64,000 nt of DNA from contig NC_135770.1 in assembly GCF_052425735.1 (NCBI RefSeq), positions 6,262,001 to 6,326,000 on the forward strand, given 5' to 3'. The stretch's first letter is position 1, and each line of letters opens with the position of its first letter. The translations under genes were made by a program, and so were the position numbers. The notes under the pieces are model-generated. The model was not told the origin of the DNA. It saw only the letters and a list, made by a program, of their open reading frames with translations, and ran no database searches. The DNA is from Oculina patagonica (Eukaryota). Below, piece after piece: positions 60,401 to 64,000 of the stretch.

Positions 60401-63400
60401 AAGCCTTCTAAAGATGCCCCTGAACCCCCTGAGGTGAGTGTTCGGTTAGACAAGAGTTGTTTTGATTGAAAAATGTCGCCGCGTTAGTGCAGAACAGGAT
60501 TAATCTAAGCCAGTATTAAGGATATGCGAAGTATGGTATCATCCCCAATTCATCTTAGCGCTCTAAAATGTTCTGGACTACATTTTCGTATATCTGCACT
60601 TACGTTGGAAACCCAGTTTCTTGAACCTTACGAAGTCCCTCAATTTTCTCGAGCCTCCCAATAACTCGAACTAAAAGTCGTACACGAGAGGACTATTCCC
60701 TGCAACAAGCATCGGGAACAAGTCCCTTTCGGTGAACTACCCCAAGTCGCAGTGACCAAAATGTGGTCCTTGCGACTTGACCAACGAATTCAAACTGGTT
60801 TGAATTAAAGAGACAAGTTCCCGGGACTTGTTTCTCAAACTAAATTTCCTAAGGTCAGCACACATGAGGGGACAAGTCCATGCGACTAGTCCCCCCAATA
60901 AGCTCTTCAAGGGATTTGTTGCTTTGACTTTTTCCCCCAGGCTTGTGTGCGTCGGCTTTTACGATTTGACGAACTCGTCCATTTCTCAAACAAATTTTCG
61001 TTCCCGTTGGTGGTTCGGCAAAACGGGATTCCACTGTTGATAATAATTTGAATCATAATTATTTTTGGAAGGTCAACTCGACTGAATTTTTTATTCCGAC
61101 CAGGATACCAACCCCTGGCTTTCTAAAAGGTTAAATTACAGTATTTGACATAATTGTTGCTGGCAGCTGCGACAGAGCGCGATAGGGGGCATAAGTCTCT
61201 TCTGTTGGAAAGGGGAAGACAACTAAACATTTCCGTAACACCTTCTTTTCCAGATCCCCAAAGCATCCAATTCAGGCTCGTGTGGCTATATGAGACCGAG
61301 TGGCCTGCGAGACGTGTTACTGCAGCAGGGACCTGAAGGCTTTGCCAGCTGCGTCCGAAAGAGCGACAGACTTCTGTTGACAGATACGACATTCAGAGAT
61401 GCCCATCAGTCACTGCTGGCCACCCGAGTGCGGACGCATGACATGCTCAAGGTGGCGCCTTTTGTGTCGCATTATTTCGCTAATGCGTACAGTTTGGAGT
61501 GTTGGGGAGGTGAGTTGAGATACCGTAAAGATACTGAAATAAAGGCTGGTTTTCGCTAGCGAAGTCGGAGTCGGAGTCGTAATCAGAAGAGCAGAGTGTT
61601 ACGAACAAGTGAAAATCAAACCGACGGAGTCGTAGGCAGAGTTTTGATTCCGCTTATGACTCTGTCACTTGTGGTCTAGTTGCAAGCAGAAAGGAAGCAC
61701 TCAGGGGGCCTGAGAACTAGCATGTGATTAGTTTGTTCTTCCGCTTCTGCTTGCGACTCTGTTAATCTAGTTTTCACTGGATCATAAGCGACGAAGTCAT
61801 AAGCGGAATTGGAAGAGAATGGTAACATTCTGATTCTTCCTACTCCGATCAAGTCGAGCTTATACAACTTCGATTTTCGATTTTCACTAGTTCGTACCCT
61901 CTCTCTTACGATTCCGACTTCGACTCTGTCGAAAGAAAAACCAGCCTGATTCGAGAGATCTGCGTTAATTCTGATTTAGCAGCCTTTTCCTATCGCTAGT
62001 TTCGGAGGTTCGAAACTTTTTGGGGAGGGGGAGGGACGCCTCTTTTGATTAGTTATAACTTGTACAATATGTGGGCCCATCCATCTCACTTAATAAAATA
62101 AATTTAAGTGTTTTGAACCAAATTTCGCGGAAGGAATCAGTCAGGAATCAGTTCGTGCAGCTTGTCATTCTGAAACGAGCATTTGTCTGGGGCTTTGTTA
62201 CACTAAAACAGCCAAAGACCATCTGCAAACTTTGGTATTTTTTTCGGAAAAACTAGAAATCGGAAAATTTTCAGAAACATATATAATCCTAAATCAGGAG
62301 CAACAATCGTAGACCGAAAGCGTGGGATCCACGCAGACCTATGATAGGAGACAATTTTGCCACCCGTGTCTTCATAGAAAACATGGATGCACGCAAATTT
62401 GCGTTCGTGGGTGTTGCTGGAGTTGCGTGATCAGTGTCACGTGAGTCGCGAGTAACTGCCGCGCATTCCATTATGGCTCCTGCCAAAATCAATCAATTTC
62501 TCTTCGAATATAGGCTTGCATTTCATGTAAAACCATGAAATAACCAGTAAATCATTTTTCTTTCAGGTGCGACATTTGACGTGGCTCTCCGTTTCCTATA
62601 CGAGTGCCCATGGGAACGATTAGCCCAGCTACGCGAAGCTGTTCCAAACATTCCATTTCAAATGCTTCTCAGAGGCGCTAACGCAGTTGGCTACACCAGT
62701 TACCCGGATAATGTGGTGTTCAAATTTTGTGAGAAGGCTCAGAAGAATGGCATGGATATTTTCAGGGTGTTTGACTCTCTGAATTATCTCCCAAATTTAC
62801 AGGTACTGTAATACAGTGCGTTGACATCAATACACCTTTTGGTGCTTATCGCCGCCGTATTGAAAATAGGGTCAAATATAGCGTGAAATGAAGATTTTGT
62901 GGGGGGTTTTCCGGAAAGTTTCATAAAATTGAATTTCTGCATTGTAAATGATTTTACAGATGAAATTTAAGGAATGACCGTGCTGCGGAATGTAAAGTGG
63001 GGATTTCATATCTTTCATACATTTGTCTGTAAATTTTCCCCTTGGAATAGGCGCCGGCACCGTATTGCAGACGAATGTATGAAAACTAAAAATGCAATCA
63101 CAGGTCTCCCATCGTGGTTACGTCTCTCAGTGGTTGAATCTTTTACCTGACATCTTAAGTTTATAGCTCGCAAATTATGCAAAAATTTTATTTTGTGAAA
63201 GTTATTCAGTGACAGCTGTGAAGTTCCCTTCAAACTTTCTATTTCGCGCTATATTTGCCACATTTTCCATCATGATATGGCGGATTTTACCACGGAAAGG
63301 TCTCTTGTCAAACGAACGCAAAACTTCATATTTTCAGCGATAACTTAATTTACCGAACTCAGCAACGTCAGTCGAGATCACCTAGTAATTCGGTCAAAAA

Positions 63401-63983
63401 ATCTATTATCTAAACCAGGGTTTGTACGGGTCATGGAAAACCTGGAAAGCCATGGAATTTTAGAATTTCGTCGTCAAGGCCTTGAAAGTCATGGGATTTA
63501 AGTGTGGGTCATGGAAAGTCATGCAAAATGAATTACGCAGGTTATTGTTAGTGAAGAAAAGGGTAAAAACATACCCAAAATTAAGATAATTTTTGAAAGT
63601 TTACAAGAAAAATGGTTAAATTTAGGTCATGGAAAACTTTGAAAAGTCATGGAAAAGGCTATGAAAAGTCCTAGAATTTCAAAAGCTCCAAAGAGTACGG
63701 AACCCTTTTAACATTGATTCGCAACTTTGGCACAACCATATCGCTAATTTTAGTTAAAATATATCATCGAAAGGTTCCGCGCCTGACAAGTTCTAACCGC
63801 CTTCTTGTTTCATGTCGTTAGCTGGGTATTGAAGCCGCTGGCCAAGCTGGTGGAGTTGTCGAAGCCGCCATTTCCTACACTGGTGACGTGTCTAATCCAT
63901 ACAAGACCAAATACAACATTGATTACTACATGAATCTTGCATCAGAACTAGCGAGGGCCGGCATTCACGTGCTCTGTATCAAG
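54458..63983 (+). CDS. PC: Pyruvate carboxylase, mitochondrial (5' part; continues past the right edge)
   Basis: Exons 54458-54814, 56023-56419, 57120-57423, 57966-58128, 58962-59144, 60209-60433, 61254-61509, 62567-62802, 63822-63983. Basic N-terminal transit-like peptide, biotin carboxylase motifs ([53 protein letters not shown]), then carboxyltransferase motifs ([38 protein letters not shown]). Confidence 0.97.
55210..55955 (-). mobile_element. Truncated Penelope-like retroelement: GIY-YIG endonuclease remnant flanked by inverted terminal-repeat copies
   Basis: ORF 55404-55721 reads VVYKFAC..C...YVGETTRHF...REH..SHIFKH..IKEAIHI (GIY-YIG). 55210-55380 is inverted at 55798-55955. Confidence 0.85.
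55887..55919 (+). ncRNA. Minimal type I hammerhead ribozyme motif in Penelope terminal repeat (second copy 55254-55286, minus, with a mutated cleavage triplet)
   Basis: CTGAAGA t gacaga-tgc-tctgtc GAAAC AT GTC. Helix I is weak. Confidence 0.55.
56510..56836. repeat. 9-bp minisatellite (GTTGTCCCA-like)
   Basis: Degenerate tandem copies in a PC intron. Confidence 0.9.
58309..58724. mobile_element. piggyBac-like non-autonomous element
   Basis: Paralog of 43526-44010. Confidence 0.65.
59712..59952. repeat. 21-bp tandem repeat (GTCTCGAGAGAAACGAGATTC), about 11 copies
   Basis: Contiguous near-identical units with no spacers. Confidence 0.9.
61540..61947. mobile_element. MITE (AGGCTGGTTTTC TIR, GGAGTC repeats)
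   Basis: aggctggttttcgctagcgaagtcggagtcgg ... ccgacttcgactctgtcgaaagaaaaaccagcct. Confidence 0.65.
63416..63706. mobile_element. MITE (CAGGG end, GAAAAGTCATG repeats); relative at ~54040-54349
   Basis: cagggtttgtacgggtcatggaaaacctggaaag ... gagtacggaaccc. Confidence 0.55.
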
Positions 63984-64000
63984 GTAAGTCAAGAAAATGA

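Overview
Eukaryotic, intron-rich, AT-rich animal DNA. The repeat landscape and gene content suggest a cnidarian, probably a stony coral (inference only). Six protein-coding genes were reconstructed by hand from GT-AG splice sites and reading phase: (1) the 5' part of a secreted or surface protein with alternating F5/8-type-C (discoidin) and ZP-N modules (minus strand, runs off the left edge); (2) an intronless class A aminergic-like GPCR; (3) FIBP; (4) a 3-exon gene for a signal-peptide-less, bacterial-type V8/trypsin-like serine protease whose promoter is packed with NF-kB-like and STAT(GAS)-like motifs; (5) TAF6L; (6) the 5' part of pyruvate carboxylase, head-to-head with TAF6L. Introns and intergenic DNA hold many MITEs, tRNA-derived SINEs, LINE 3' ends, a 2.9-kb foldback palindrome and Penelope-like fragments with minimal hammerhead-ribozyme motifs. 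The best candidate for an undescribed system is the protease plus its kB/GAS promoter cluster, a possible bacterial-derived innate-immune protease. Also notable are a candidate regulated 36-nt FIBP microexon and the duplicated discoidin/ZP-N module.
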